A stretch of DNA of 64,000 nucleotides from a virus. Location: positions 1 through 64,000 of IMG/VR virus record IMGVR_UViG_3300031673_000021, one strand, 5' to 3'. Positions 53,421 to 61,467 of this stretch are shown here, piece by piece. A program made the translations under genes and the position numbers. How positions within the stretch are numbered: position 1 is the first letter of the stretch; each line of letters starts with the position of its first letter. The notes beneath the pieces are model-generated. The model saw nothing but the letters and a program-made list of their open reading frames with translations. It ran no database searches and was not told where the DNA came from.

Positions 53421-55145
53421 TTACCATGGTTTCACGGCCGGGGTATCGTTGCGGCCCAATGACTGATGCCCCCCGACCCAATCCTCACTCGTCTGCATTT
53501 CACGCAACTTTGCAAGAATGAGTTGGAACACATATCGCGCATGCCGACCGCTGACAGTGACACGGTTCCCACGCACATCCACTTTGCAACCGCCATACTC
53601 AGCAACGCCGTTATGTGGTTCGAACTCATACCCTGCATGGTGAAGGATGCTCCATACACTGTTGGAAGTCGGTGTATAGGTCGTGAGTGCCTTTAGGAGA
53701 CGTAGCGGCCCATTCTTCGGCACATACACGTTAAACGCTGTCTGATCGTCTGAGACGCGGTAATGGGTTCCTTTTGTATCACTCTCGGTTGCCTTCACGC
53801 TCACGCTGTCACGCGCCTTTGTGCCCATGACGCGGCGGTAAAAGGTGTATACGTCTTGTGGGCCACTCGCGTGTGTATCTGCACCCCAGGATTCGAGCCA
53901 GTCGTCTGCACGAGACTGTTTCCCTGGCATCGTGGCGAATGGAGAGGGAGTGCGATAGTCGCCGGAGTCAATGGACTTCTTCACGTTGCCGCTGACAAAC
54001 TTTCGCATGAGTGCATCCCATTTGTTATCGCCAAATCCGAGCTTGTCTTTGAAGGTGTTGCGTGTGATGCCTTGTTCCTTGACAAACTCTTTGAGTGGCG
54101 GATTGAAATGATAGGCGGACACGTCTGACATGCGTGTGGCAATACATGTAGCCTTCGTACCACGAAGAAGGAAGTACCACTCTCCCCACCCGTCTGATGC
54201 TCGCCATACCTCGCCTTTAATGCCTTCCGCACGTTTAGACCAACGCGGACGATCTGGTTTCTCGTCTTTGTCGCTCACAAAGTCTCTGTAGGCACGCTCA
54301 TAAGCGCGTTGTAAGGCTGGACGAATGGTTTTCTGATCTGTGTGCCCATCATTGGTTCTGAGTGCTTTGGAAACGGTCTCCTGTGGCGCGTGACGGTCTT
54401 TCATCGTGTCAATGATGGTGCCAATGATTTGACGCGCAAACACGCGGTCCTTTTCCTTTTCGTCCTCGCTCAGTTCCTCATACGGGACATACATGGACTC
54501 CCACGCTTCTGCATGGGCTTCTGGCATCTCAGGTGCAACCTTCTTGGCAAAGTCCACCCATTGATCGTGGACATCGGCAGCAATCGCTTCGAGTAACAGG
54601 CCCGATTCTGTATTCAGGGTAGAGACGAAGTCGTAGAATGCATCCTTCATCGGGTCAGCGATGGATTTTCCACGCATTTTATCGCCTTCCTTCCGGAGTT
54701 CATTCATGGTAAACACGGACTTATTGAGCTTGCGCCGATGCATCTCGGCGTCCCAAGGGCCATCGCTATGTTTACCCGTTGCCACCCATGCTTGAATTGA
54801 CTTCTTACCGGCATGTTGGAACGCCAATGTGCGATGGTAGCCGTCTGCGATTTTGTATCCACCCTTAACCTGCACCAGAACGACGGGCTCCATCTTCTCG
54901 CCTGATTTGATTGCTTCCGCTATCCGTTGCACCTTGTCTGGATTGCGACCGCCAGGTCTACGTGCCATTTTGATGTTGGAGAGGGGCACACGTTTCAACT
55001 CCCAATTTTCGCCCTTTACCCATTTCAGGACATCGGCGGGGTAATTCTCACGCAGGTAGGCATAGACATCTTCTCCTTTGTGACGGCTTTGCGTCTGCAA
55101 ACCCTTGCGAATGGGCACGATAAATTTGTCTGCCATGCGAATCAC
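53421..55145 (-). CDS. ParB/Srx N-terminal-domain protein with RyR-like segment
   Basis: 574 aa. 'PVVLVQVKGGYKIADGYHRTLAFQHAG' is the ParB-type motif. 'HDQWVDFAKKV...YVPYEELSEDEKEKDRVFARQI' resembles the bacterial/phage RyR domain. Confidence 0.6.
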   Translation of the reverse strand: MIRMADKFIVPIRKGLQTQSRHKGEDVYAYLRENYPADVLKWVKGENWELKRVPLSNIKMARRPGGRNPDKVQRIAEAIKSGEKMEPVVLVQVKGGYKIADGYHRTLAFQHAGKKSIQAWVATGKHSDGPWDAEMHRRKLNKSVFTMNELRKEGDKMRGKSIADPMKDAFYDFVSTLNTESGLLLEAIAADVHDQWVDFAKKVAPEMPEAHAEAWESMYVPYEELSEDEKEKDRVFARQIIGTIIDTMKDRHAPQETVSKALRTNDGHTDQKTIRPALQRAYERAYRDFVSDKDEKPDRPRWSKRAEGIKGEVWRASDGWGEWYFLLRGTKATCIATRMSDVSAYHFNPPLKEFVKEQGITRNTFKDKLGFGDNKWDALMRKFVSGNVKKSIDSGDYRTPSPFATMPGKQSRADDWLESWGADTHASGPQDVYTFYRRVMGTKARDSVSVKATESDTKGTHYRVSDDQTAFNVYVPKNGPLRLLKALTTYTPTSNSVWSILHHAGYEFEPHNGVAEYGGCKVDVRGNRVTVSGRHARYVFQLILAKLREMQTSEDWVGGHQSLGRNDTPAVKPW

Positions 55146-55146
55146 C

Positions 55147-55782
55147 TCACTCGTTGTCTTGAAACAGAAGTTCGCCCCATCGTTTCTTATCTACACTTTT
55201 ATAGTTAGACATTGGAATGGTCGTCCATAAAATCGGCTTGTTGTCGCGGAATCCAACCATCACAACTACGCTTTTATCGCGTTCACCCATGACGTGATAG
55301 CCTGCGATAAAAACGCGACCATCTTCATTCCCTTTTCCGACAGGTTGCTTCCAAACTTCCCACGGCTGAATCAAAGTTTCTACTGCGGCACGAAAATAAC
55401 GGATACGATTGTCTGCCTCAATGCGTGACTTTTCATTTTCCCAATGTCCGTAATACTTTCGTTCAATACTGATGTACATGTTTCCGTAACTTGATGGCAG
55501 ACTGACCCATCCGTTTTTGTCGGTGTGGAATATCTCTTTTAGGCTGTGCAGAAACGAATTCAAATCTTCGACTGTTTCAATGGGCTTGACCAATCGGCTT
55601 GCTTTCTTCCGCATAACTTCATCCCACCTCGGAAGGTTATATTCCTTCCATGTTTTCTTGCTTGTCACAGGTTCTTTGTCTGGTTTCCAATGGCCCGACA
55701 CTTTGTGGATGTGTCCATTCTTGCTTCGCCGGTAATATTCGCGCGTCCACCCCTTCTTGATGGGAATCAGGAACAGGATCAT
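55147..55782 (-). CDS. MuF-coupled protein (possible PBECR-type nuclease module)
   Basis: 211 aa from ATG 55782 (ATGA-coupled to the MuF-like stop). The family call rests only on position and a His/Arg-rich core ('YYGHWENEKSRIEADNRIRY'). Confidence 0.35.
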   Translation of the reverse strand: MILFLIPIKKGWTREYYRRSKNGHIHKVSGHWKPDKEPVTSKKTWKEYNLPRWDEVMRKKASRLVKPIETVEDLNSFLHSLKEIFHTDKNGWVSLPSSYGNMYISIERKYYGHWENEKSRIEADNRIRYFRAAVETLIQPWEVWKQPVGKGNEDGRVFIAGYHVMGERDKSVVVMVGFRDNKPILWTTIPMSNYKSVDKKRWGELLFQDNE

Positions 55783-56684
55783 ACACTCACCAATTCCCGT
55801 TTCGGTGCCATATAACTGTATGGATCCCCGCCGCGATACTTTACAATCACATGCCTGCATTTCGGATGAAGTGGCAGACAGGGTATCCAGTCTTCGCGTT
55901 TGCGCCCAACGTTACTTTTCCCAGGCCATAGATATTGCTCGCGCTGTTGTTTTGTCGGGTTCTCGATTTTCACCGGTGAAACGTAGAATACTTTCCCCTC
56001 AAGAAGATGTTTGCAAGCGGAGCAAACTTTGCCGTCCCCAATGACAGGCACAACCACATGCTTCCCTGCGAGCATCGTCAATGTGGCATCGTTATACGCC
56101 ATGCTCATCTCGGTCGCAGCGATGGTCTGAAAGTGTTGACCGTAATGGGCCCACCGTTGTTCCAGCCGTTCTGCCAGTTCGTTTGCTGTGATACTTTCGC
56201 GAATGGCTTGTACGACTTGCCAGCGTACATCCTCGCGCATTCCGCCTGCCCATTCACGCATCTTTGACGCAGCGGATTGACGGGCGATCCATTCGGCCTG
56301 CTTTGGATACTTCGGTATGTTGACCACATGTAGAGTCCCGGGTGCTTCCGGAACGTTGATCCACGGTCCCTTTTCAGGCAAACGATCAATATGCTTGACC
56401 CTGCGTTCTGCAAGTTGAATCACATTCGATATTTCTTCTGCTACATGATCCACATTTAACGGATCATCTTCCGTTACATCCTTGACACGCTGATACGTGC
56501 GAAGCGATGGTTTATTTAACGCATCCCTGGTGACAGCCCAGGCATCCTGCATCCATGTGGCTGCAAACCCACTCGCATATTTCAAGATTCGTTCTTCCGC
56601 TTGTTGCAGATTCGGATCAGGCCACGCTTCGGAGGTGTCGCCAGACAGTTCCTTTAACCGCTGTTCCCAATTCAGCCAGTCCAT
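55779..56684 (-). CDS. head morphogenesis protein (SPP1 gp7 / Mu F family)
   Basis: 301 aa. C-terminal 'CSACKHLLEGKVF...LPLHPKCRHVIV' signature. Directly downstream of the portal gene. Confidence 0.75.
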   Translation of the reverse strand: MDWLNWEQRLKELSGDTSEAWPDPNLQQAEERILKYASGFAATWMQDAWAVTRDALNKPSLRTYQRVKDVTEDDPLNVDHVAEEISNVIQLAERRVKHIDRLPEKGPWINVPEAPGTLHVVNIPKYPKQAEWIARQSAASKMREWAGGMREDVRWQVVQAIRESITANELAERLEQRWAHYGQHFQTIAATEMSMAYNDATLTMLAGKHVVVPVIGDGKVCSACKHLLEGKVFYVSPVKIENPTKQQREQYLWPGKSNVGRKREDWIPCLPLHPKCRHVIVKYRGGDPYSYMAPKRELVSV

Positions 56685-56699
56685 GCGACACCATCCTTT

Positions 56700-58208
56700 C
56701 TATGCTAGTTTCAGTGCCCTCCACGCCTTTTCCACGGCCTTTTCGTCTTCTGATGTATTGAGGGGCACATCCTGCGCTCCGACGCCTTGTGGACCGTTTC
56801 CGGGTGCTTGTGGCTGACTAAATCCATTCTCTTGCATCCATACCTGCAGTAAACGTGGATTAGCCGGAGCATCCAACCACTTTACATCCGCCGACGTTCC
56901 TGGGGGGGCTTCTTCAAGCCCCATAGCTTTGCGCCATTCCCGGCCAGTTAGGGCACCCTCGTTTAATTGCTTGTCAAGATAGGTGACTTTCGCCTGCTCA
57001 TCCTCTGCATTGATGCCGGTCCAACGGAACATGTAACCAGGAGCAAGATATGGCATGATATGCTGATTGATCGACATTTCCACGAGGTCGAGAATCGGCA
57101 GCAAACCTTTATCCCGCGACAGGTCAATCTTCGCCTCAGTGTTATCCGATGCGCTGATACCACCGCTATTGCTCGCGGTTCTCTGCCCGATCTCTACAGG
57201 ATCGGTGAGAAACACGCCCGCAATCTTCGTGGAAATTTTGTCGAGGAAGTCCCCCATTTCCATATCGCGGTTTGACTGTTTCATCGGAATCCACTGAATG
57301 GAGGACCCGCCATTTGGGGAAGGTTCGACCGCTAGAGCCACGGGCTTATGCTGACCCACAACACCCTTTACGTCCGTATCCCACATGGTATTAAGGGATT
57401 CCATGGTATCCTCCGACATATTACCGATAAGCGCAAGAATGCCGGGTGGTACGCTACCATGGTCGAAATAGTTGGAGTTATACTGGAGTGCCAACACTTC
57501 AGCGGCAATCCAGTCGGATGAACCCTCGGTCGGAGAAATGGCATAGCCGCCATTTTCGATGTCCGTCACAGGATCCGCCTGCATGTACATGAGTTCGTCC
57601 TGTGCATACTCGGTTTCGATCTGACCGTCAACCACCTGCACATAGCGCACCGGCTGTTCGAGTTCGCGGCCGTATCGAGTCGTAGGGATGTATCGCTCTG
57701 CCCATTGCAATTCAATCGTGGCGGAGTCAATGCCCCAATACTCTGACAACCGGCCTTCCTCGTCGTACACGAGTTCCGTTGCGCCAGCCCCGATGATTAG
57801 GATGTCTCGTATTGTGGACTTCAACCACTTGCTGAAGTCTTTGCGATCCCACGACTTCTTGTTGCCTGCACCCATGATGAAGTTGTAGGCATATGCTGCA
57901 ACCTTCTCGTCATGCGCTGTTTTCTTCCCTGGATCGTCGATACGAACAATCTCAAATCCGCGATCTCCTTTATGCCTTGGGGCACGTGCGAAACTCGCCA
58001 CTTGGGACTGTCGCAGACGGATGATAGCTTGTACCGTCGGAGACAGTTTTGCAAGCTGACGGAGCTGAGTCCAGGATAGGGAAAATCCCCCCCAACGGCT
58101 GCCCGGCGGTGAAAACGCCCAACTCGGCGAGACAATAACGGATCTCCTACGATGCGGCTTATCTTCAAGACTACGCTGTCTGGTATCGATGGTAGGCATG
58201 GGCATCAC
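56700..58208 (-). CDS. portal protein
   Basis: 502 aa, upstream of the MuF-like gene. Overall portal-like pattern. Confidence 0.7.
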   Translation of the reverse strand: MMPMPTIDTRQRSLEDKPHRRRSVIVSPSWAFSPPGSRWGGFSLSWTQLRQLAKLSPTVQAIIRLRQSQVASFARAPRHKGDRGFEIVRIDDPGKKTAHDEKVAAYAYNFIMGAGNKKSWDRKDFSKWLKSTIRDILIIGAGATELVYDEEGRLSEYWGIDSATIELQWAERYIPTTRYGRELEQPVRYVQVVDGQIETEYAQDELMYMQADPVTDIENGGYAISPTEGSSDWIAAEVLALQYNSNYFDHGSVPPGILALIGNMSEDTMESLNTMWDTDVKGVVGQHKPVALAVEPSPNGGSSIQWIPMKQSNRDMEMGDFLDKISTKIAGVFLTDPVEIGQRTASNSGGISASDNTEAKIDLSRDKGLLPILDLVEMSINQHIMPYLAPGYMFRWTGINAEDEQAKVTYLDKQLNEGALTGREWRKAMGLEEAPPGTSADVKWLDAPANPRLLQVWMQENGFSQPQAPGNGPQGVGAQDVPLNTSEDEKAVEKAWRALKLA

Positions 58209-58226
58209 CTCCTGTCATCAGTGGTG

Positions 58227-58487
58227 TCAGTTCACACCTTCGGCCACCGGCGTATTTGCCACTTCCGCCTGCATCCGGTCCCATTCTTTCTGCACCTGTT
58301 CGCCAAGCTGTACCCGCCGCTTTTCCAGTGATTCCTGTGTCACTGGCTTGCCGGTTACACTTGCTTCGCAAACGGCTTCCTGCAAGGCCGTTAGGTAAAT
58401 GTTCATCAGCAGTAGTTCGTCCTGAAGTTTCTGCACTTGATTAGCGAGACTCACAATCGCTTCATCTTTCTCCTTGCTGGTCATCAT
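58227..58487 (-). CDS. hypothetical coiled-coil protein
   Basis: Start set to ATG 58487/58484 (GGGAGG upstream). Helical heptads. Confidence 0.5.
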   Translation of the reverse strand: MMTSKEKDEAIVSLANQVQKLQDELLLMNIYLTALQEAVCEASVTGKPVTQESLEKRRVQLGEQVQKEWDRMQAEVANTPVAEGVN

Positions 58488-58741
58488 TCGTCCTCCCTTT
58501 GTACGTCGCATACGACAATGGAAAATTCCTCGCCAACTTCCTTGTCCACACGCTCAATGTGGACGCGAACACTCGGTATGGCCGTTAGGGCGTCTAGACT
58601 TGCAATGCCCATCAGCATGACGTAACAGGCTTCCTTGCCTGCGGCTGTGACCTGTACCTCGTTGTCGTTACGGAGCGCAATCGAAATGGACTGCGCGAGT
58701 CGGGCAATGTTTGTGGTCTTGGCTACTTTGATGCGTTGCAT
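58484..58741 (-). CDS. SpoVS-like (Alba-fold-like) small protein
   Basis: 85 aa. 'IKVAKTTNIARLAQSISIALRNDNEVQVTAAGKEACYVMLMGIA' parallels the SpoVS pattern (KVS..S......AGA....R......I.AIG.GA.NQA.KA.AIA). Confidence 0.45.
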   Translation of the reverse strand: MQRIKVAKTTNIARLAQSISIALRNDNEVQVTAAGKEACYVMLMGIASLDALTAIPSVRVHIERVDKEVGEEFSIVVCDVQREDE

Positions 58742-58781
58742 AGTGGGTTAGCTCCTGTTCGTGAGAAAGTCTTATAAACAC

Positions 58782-58851
58782 AAAAAAGGCGGTCACCAAC
58801 GCACATCGGACTGCACAGTTTCGTGCAATCGTCAATGCATCAGCGACCGCC
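58782..58851 (-). terminator. long strand-specific hairpin + U6 (terminator/attenuator)
   Basis: Hand-paired on the minus-strand RNA: 17 contiguous pairs, a 4x4 internal loop, 8 pairs and a 6-nt loop, then UUUUUU. Six G-U pairs would be A-C mismatches on the other strand. Confidence 0.6.
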
Positions 58852-58931
58852 TGTTATCAGGTGGGTCCAAAACAACTGTTACAGGATATTTAGAACTCTG
58901 GATCTAGCGAGGAAGATTTATAACACTGTTT

Positions 58932-59231
58932 CTAATTTAACGTTGTCTGGTGCCAAGTGGCGGCAGTCTCAGCAAACTGTTTTTGTCCCTCGGAAGTGCT
59001 AGTATCAAATAACCTGAAGCCAGCAGGATTGGTATCCCAATCGTAATCGCGCAAATCTATAATCTTTGTAAAAACCCCATTATTTAACATGAAATTGTGC
59101 CACTCGATGGCTGCTTCTGATGTCAGCAACCCGATGCCAACATGATCTGATACAACATAGTACACGGGCCTGTAACCTTCCCGAACCTTGTCGCTTTCCT
59201 CACGGATGCGGTCCATGCCGATGGTCACCAT
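58932..59231 (-). CDS. hypothetical protein
   Basis: 99 aa with GGAGGA SD 7 nt upstream. Confidence 0.55.
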   Translation of the reverse strand: MVTIGMDRIREESDKVREGYRPVYYVVSDHVGIGLLTSEAAIEWHNFMLNNGVFTKIIDLRDYDWDTNPAGFRLFDTSTSEGQKQFAETAATWHQTTLN

Positions 59232-59256
59232 TTCGTCATCCTCCTGTCATTCGGTC

Positions 59257-59421
59257 TCACTTCCACTTGCGATATGACATGTGCCACTGGCATTTCTGAC
59301 AGGTGATGGACACGCTCGTGTTTTCTCTTCCACCACCCGAACGATAAACTGGGTCCTCTTCATATTTCCACTCATGTTTGCAAAATGCAGATCGTATCAC
59401 CCACGTGATATACCGCACCAT
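59257..59421 (-). CDS. 54-aa Cys/His small ORF
   Basis: MVRYITWVIRSAFCKHEWKYEEDPVYRSGGGRENTSVSITCQKCQWHMSYRKWK. GGAGG upstream, ending 25 nt before the next gene. Below the ORF-track cutoff. Confidence 0.35.
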   Translation of the reverse strand: MVRYITWVIRSAFCKHEWKYEEDPVYRSGGGRENTSVSITCQKCQWHMSYRKWK

Positions 59422-59486
59422 ATATCCTCCTATCACTCAGGTTTGTACTGATTATCACTAGCCGCGATAGACGTGCATGATTTTTG

Positions 59487-59516
59487 TTGCCAGTACGGTT
59501 CATGCGCCTGTATAAT
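59487..59516 (+). promoter_or_regulatory. sigma-A-type promoter (TTGCCA-18-TATAAT)
   Basis: -35 TTGCCA at 59487-59492, an 18-nt spacer, and -10 TATAAT at 59511-59516, about 35 nt upstream of the small plus-strand ORF. Confidence 0.55.
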
Positions 59517-59550
59517 CTAGGCAAGTCCACAAAGAAGGGAGGAATCCGCG

Positions 59551-59718
59551 ATGTCAACCCCAAACACCATGGACGTGTTAACAGTTGGTCTGGTCATTCT
59601 CGGTCTGTACCTCATGATCGACGCCATGACCACCAACAATCCAGCACGCCGACGCAGAGACGAACGAGACTTACGCATCATTGGGGAGGGAGCCAGTGTA
59701 TTCAAGAACGTTCTATAA
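59551..59718 (+). CDS. 55-aa single-TM peptide (type I toxin-like architecture)
   Basis: MSTPNTMDVLTVGLVILGLYLMIDAMTTNNPARRRRDERDLRIIGEGASVFKNVL. GGGAGG SD 8 nt upstream. Its stop overlaps the convergent gene by 6 nt. Confidence 0.5.
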   Translation: MSTPNTMDVLTVGLVILGLYLMIDAMTTNNPARRRRDERDLRIIGEGASVFKNVL

Positions 59719-60042
59719 GCTCGTCGACATGTAACCACCTCGTTCTAGGGACGGGGTGGTTCTTGGCCACTCCACAATCTCATACCATCCATGCTCAATG
59801 ACTGTCCAACCTACACTTGGCAGTTTAAACATCGGAGGATGGTCACGGTTTGGATACAACTGTTCCACCACTAGATATGTTCCATCCAGTGCGCGATAGT
59901 CAGCCGCCAATGGTGAGTTATATGGTGCAAAACTTAATATTGGCTGAAAGTAATGCTCCCACGCATAATCTGTAATGCGGATGACGTCGCCAACCTTTGC
60001 CCTTGGCGCATCACGCTTCGTTCGCTTTTGGAAAGGCCACAT
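59713..60042 (-). CDS. hypothetical protein
   Basis: 109-aa ORF in a minus-strand small-gene run. Confidence 0.5.
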   Translation of the reverse strand: MWPFQKRTKRDAPRAKVGDVIRITDYAWEHYFQPILSFAPYNSPLAADYRALDGTYLVVEQLYPNRDHPPMFKLPSVGWTVIEHGWYEIVEWPRTTPSLERGGYMSTSL

Positions 60043-60046
60043 CTTC

Positions 60047-60289
60047 TCATCTCCTGTTATCAGGTTTCACAACCGAAAACTCATAAATATCCATTCCATC
60101 AATGACCTTATTTCCATCCTCATCATAGTGATAGGACGTAATCACACCATTGGGTTCAAACGTTAATAGGGCAGAACTCAACTTCGGATGCAGCATATCT
60201 CTGAACGGCGTCTTTATCGGCCTGTGGAACGATTCAACTGCATCGAAGTTAATCTGTCCAATTGGTTCCCAATGTTTATAATTCATCAC
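60047..60289 (-). CDS. hypothetical protein
   Basis: 80-aa ORF with a 4-nt overlap upstream. Confidence 0.5.
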   Translation of the reverse strand: MMNYKHWEPIGQINFDAVESFHRPIKTPFRDMLHPKLSSALLTFEPNGVITSYHYDEDGNKVIDGMDIYEFSVVKPDNRR

Positions 60290-60498
60290 TCCACCTTCCT
60301 CTTCGTGCCCGTTTCCACAAACGTCACTTTTGCCCCATGCGTGACAATCTTTGTCTCACCGTAATCCGGCAATGTCACTTCCTCGATCACGTTATCCCCA
60401 CGCATGAGAATAGCGCGAATGCTTGATCCCGCGGTAGCCATGACACTCTTTTGTGCGGCATCGCGGGACTTTACCGTCTGCTGATTCGCGTGGGTCAA
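60286..60498 (-). CDS. hypothetical protein
   Basis: 70-aa ORF with 4-nt overlaps on both sides. Confidence 0.5.
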   Translation of the reverse strand: MTHANQQTVKSRDAAQKSVMATAGSSIRAILMRGDNVIEEVTLPDYGETKIVTHGAKVTFVETGTKRKVE

Positions 60499-60722
60499 TC
60501 GCTCATCTCCTTCACGTCATCGCGTTGAACCATGAAGTCTCGAATTTCCGTGAGTTCTGTAATGATAGTGTTTAGAGAATCGATTGACACAGCTACGCCA
60601 CTTCCACCGACCCAACTCCAATTGTTCAAAGATCGTATATGATCCCATTGAAATTTATTCGAGCTAACTACCACTCCTCGAATAACCTCTGATTCCACTG
60701 TGTAATGTGCAGATATTTTCAT
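60495..60722 (-). CDS. hypothetical protein
   Basis: 75-aa ORF with a 4-nt overlap downstream. Confidence 0.5.
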   Translation of the reverse strand: MKISAHYTVESEVIRGVVVSSNKFQWDHIRSLNNWSWVGGSGVAVSIDSLNTIITELTEIRDFMVQRDDVKEMSD

Positions 60723-60726
60723 GCCA

Positions 60727-61116
60727 TCACCTCACGTTCAGTTTGGTATTGGACGCTGTATACCCCCAGTCAAATACATTTTTGCAGACATTATGCCACG
60801 CAGTATCTCGCGTAATCGTAATGTCTTCAGAACCAAGTGGCTTCTTGCAATACATACAAACGACTTCGGTTATCTCCTTTACTTTCGCCACAAACTCAGA
60901 CGACGGTCTTTTCGGATATCGTTGCAACTGTACGCCGAGCGCTTCTCCGAGGTCCCGGATAAAATCATCGAGTTCCCATACCTGAACCGAATTTACTTCT
61001 TCCTCATCCCAAACGACCGCCGCAACCTTTTCTCCCTTTTCGTGATGGACCACACGGATGATTGATACGGCCACCTTGTCTCCTGCGGATATCGTAAATG
61101 CGTTCACTCTTCGCAC
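60727..61116 (-). CDS. hypothetical protein
   Basis: 129-aa ORF with a 13-nt overlap with the upstream gene. Confidence 0.5.
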   Translation of the reverse strand: MRRVNAFTISAGDKVAVSIIRVVHHEKGEKVAAVVWDEEEVNSVQVWELDDFIRDLGEALGVQLQRYPKRPSSEFVAKVKEITEVVCMYCKKPLGSEDITITRDTAWHNVCKNVFDWGYTASNTKLNVR

Positions 61117-61373
61117 ACCTCATTTCCCTCGTCGTCTACCTGTTCCCATACGTAATAATCCAATGTTGCGTCGGAAGGCACTACAAGTACCGGCGGCTGT
61201 TTTTCGACAGCACACAACGCCTCCCATTGATCTATGAAAGCCTCCAAATCGCTAGGACTAAATTCTCCTCTCAACACTAGCAATCCAGACTCTCCGGCAG
61301 GAACTTCAACGGCAGTCTCACCAAATACATCACGCTCTTTTGGCTCTGGCTTGACGAGTCTGTAGCGTTTCAT
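61104..61373 (-). CDS. hypothetical protein
   Basis: Start set to ATG 61373 (AAAGGAG SD). The longer ORF-table N-terminus would run into the IS left-end hairpin. Confidence 0.5.
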   Translation of the reverse strand: MKRYRLVKPEPKERDVFGETAVEVPAGESGLLVLRGEFSPSDLEAFIDQWEALCAVEKQPPVLVVPSDATLDYYVWEQVDDEGNEVCEE

Positions 61374-61389
61374 CACCACTCCTTTAGCG

Positions 61390-61421
<32 letters not shown>

Positions 61422-61467
61422 GCGCGTTTTTATTGATTCATTGAGCATTTTATGCTATGCTTTTAAC

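Noticed and set aside
53421-55145. The ParB-domain protein as a plasmid-type partition protein, implying a plasmid-prophage lifestyle.
   Set aside because: It sits inside the head-morphogenesis operon, has no adjacent ParA-like ATPase or parS-like repeats, and carries extra non-ParB domains. The ParB/Srx nuclease-type cargo interpretation fits better.
59484-59801. A 105-aa plus-strand ORF and a 63-aa minus-strand ORF (59372-59563) in the 59.2-59.7 kb gap.
   Set aside because: Both are Arg/His/Ser-rich shadow frames without SDs. The SD-led 55-aa plus-strand and 54-aa minus-strand ORFs explain the region better.
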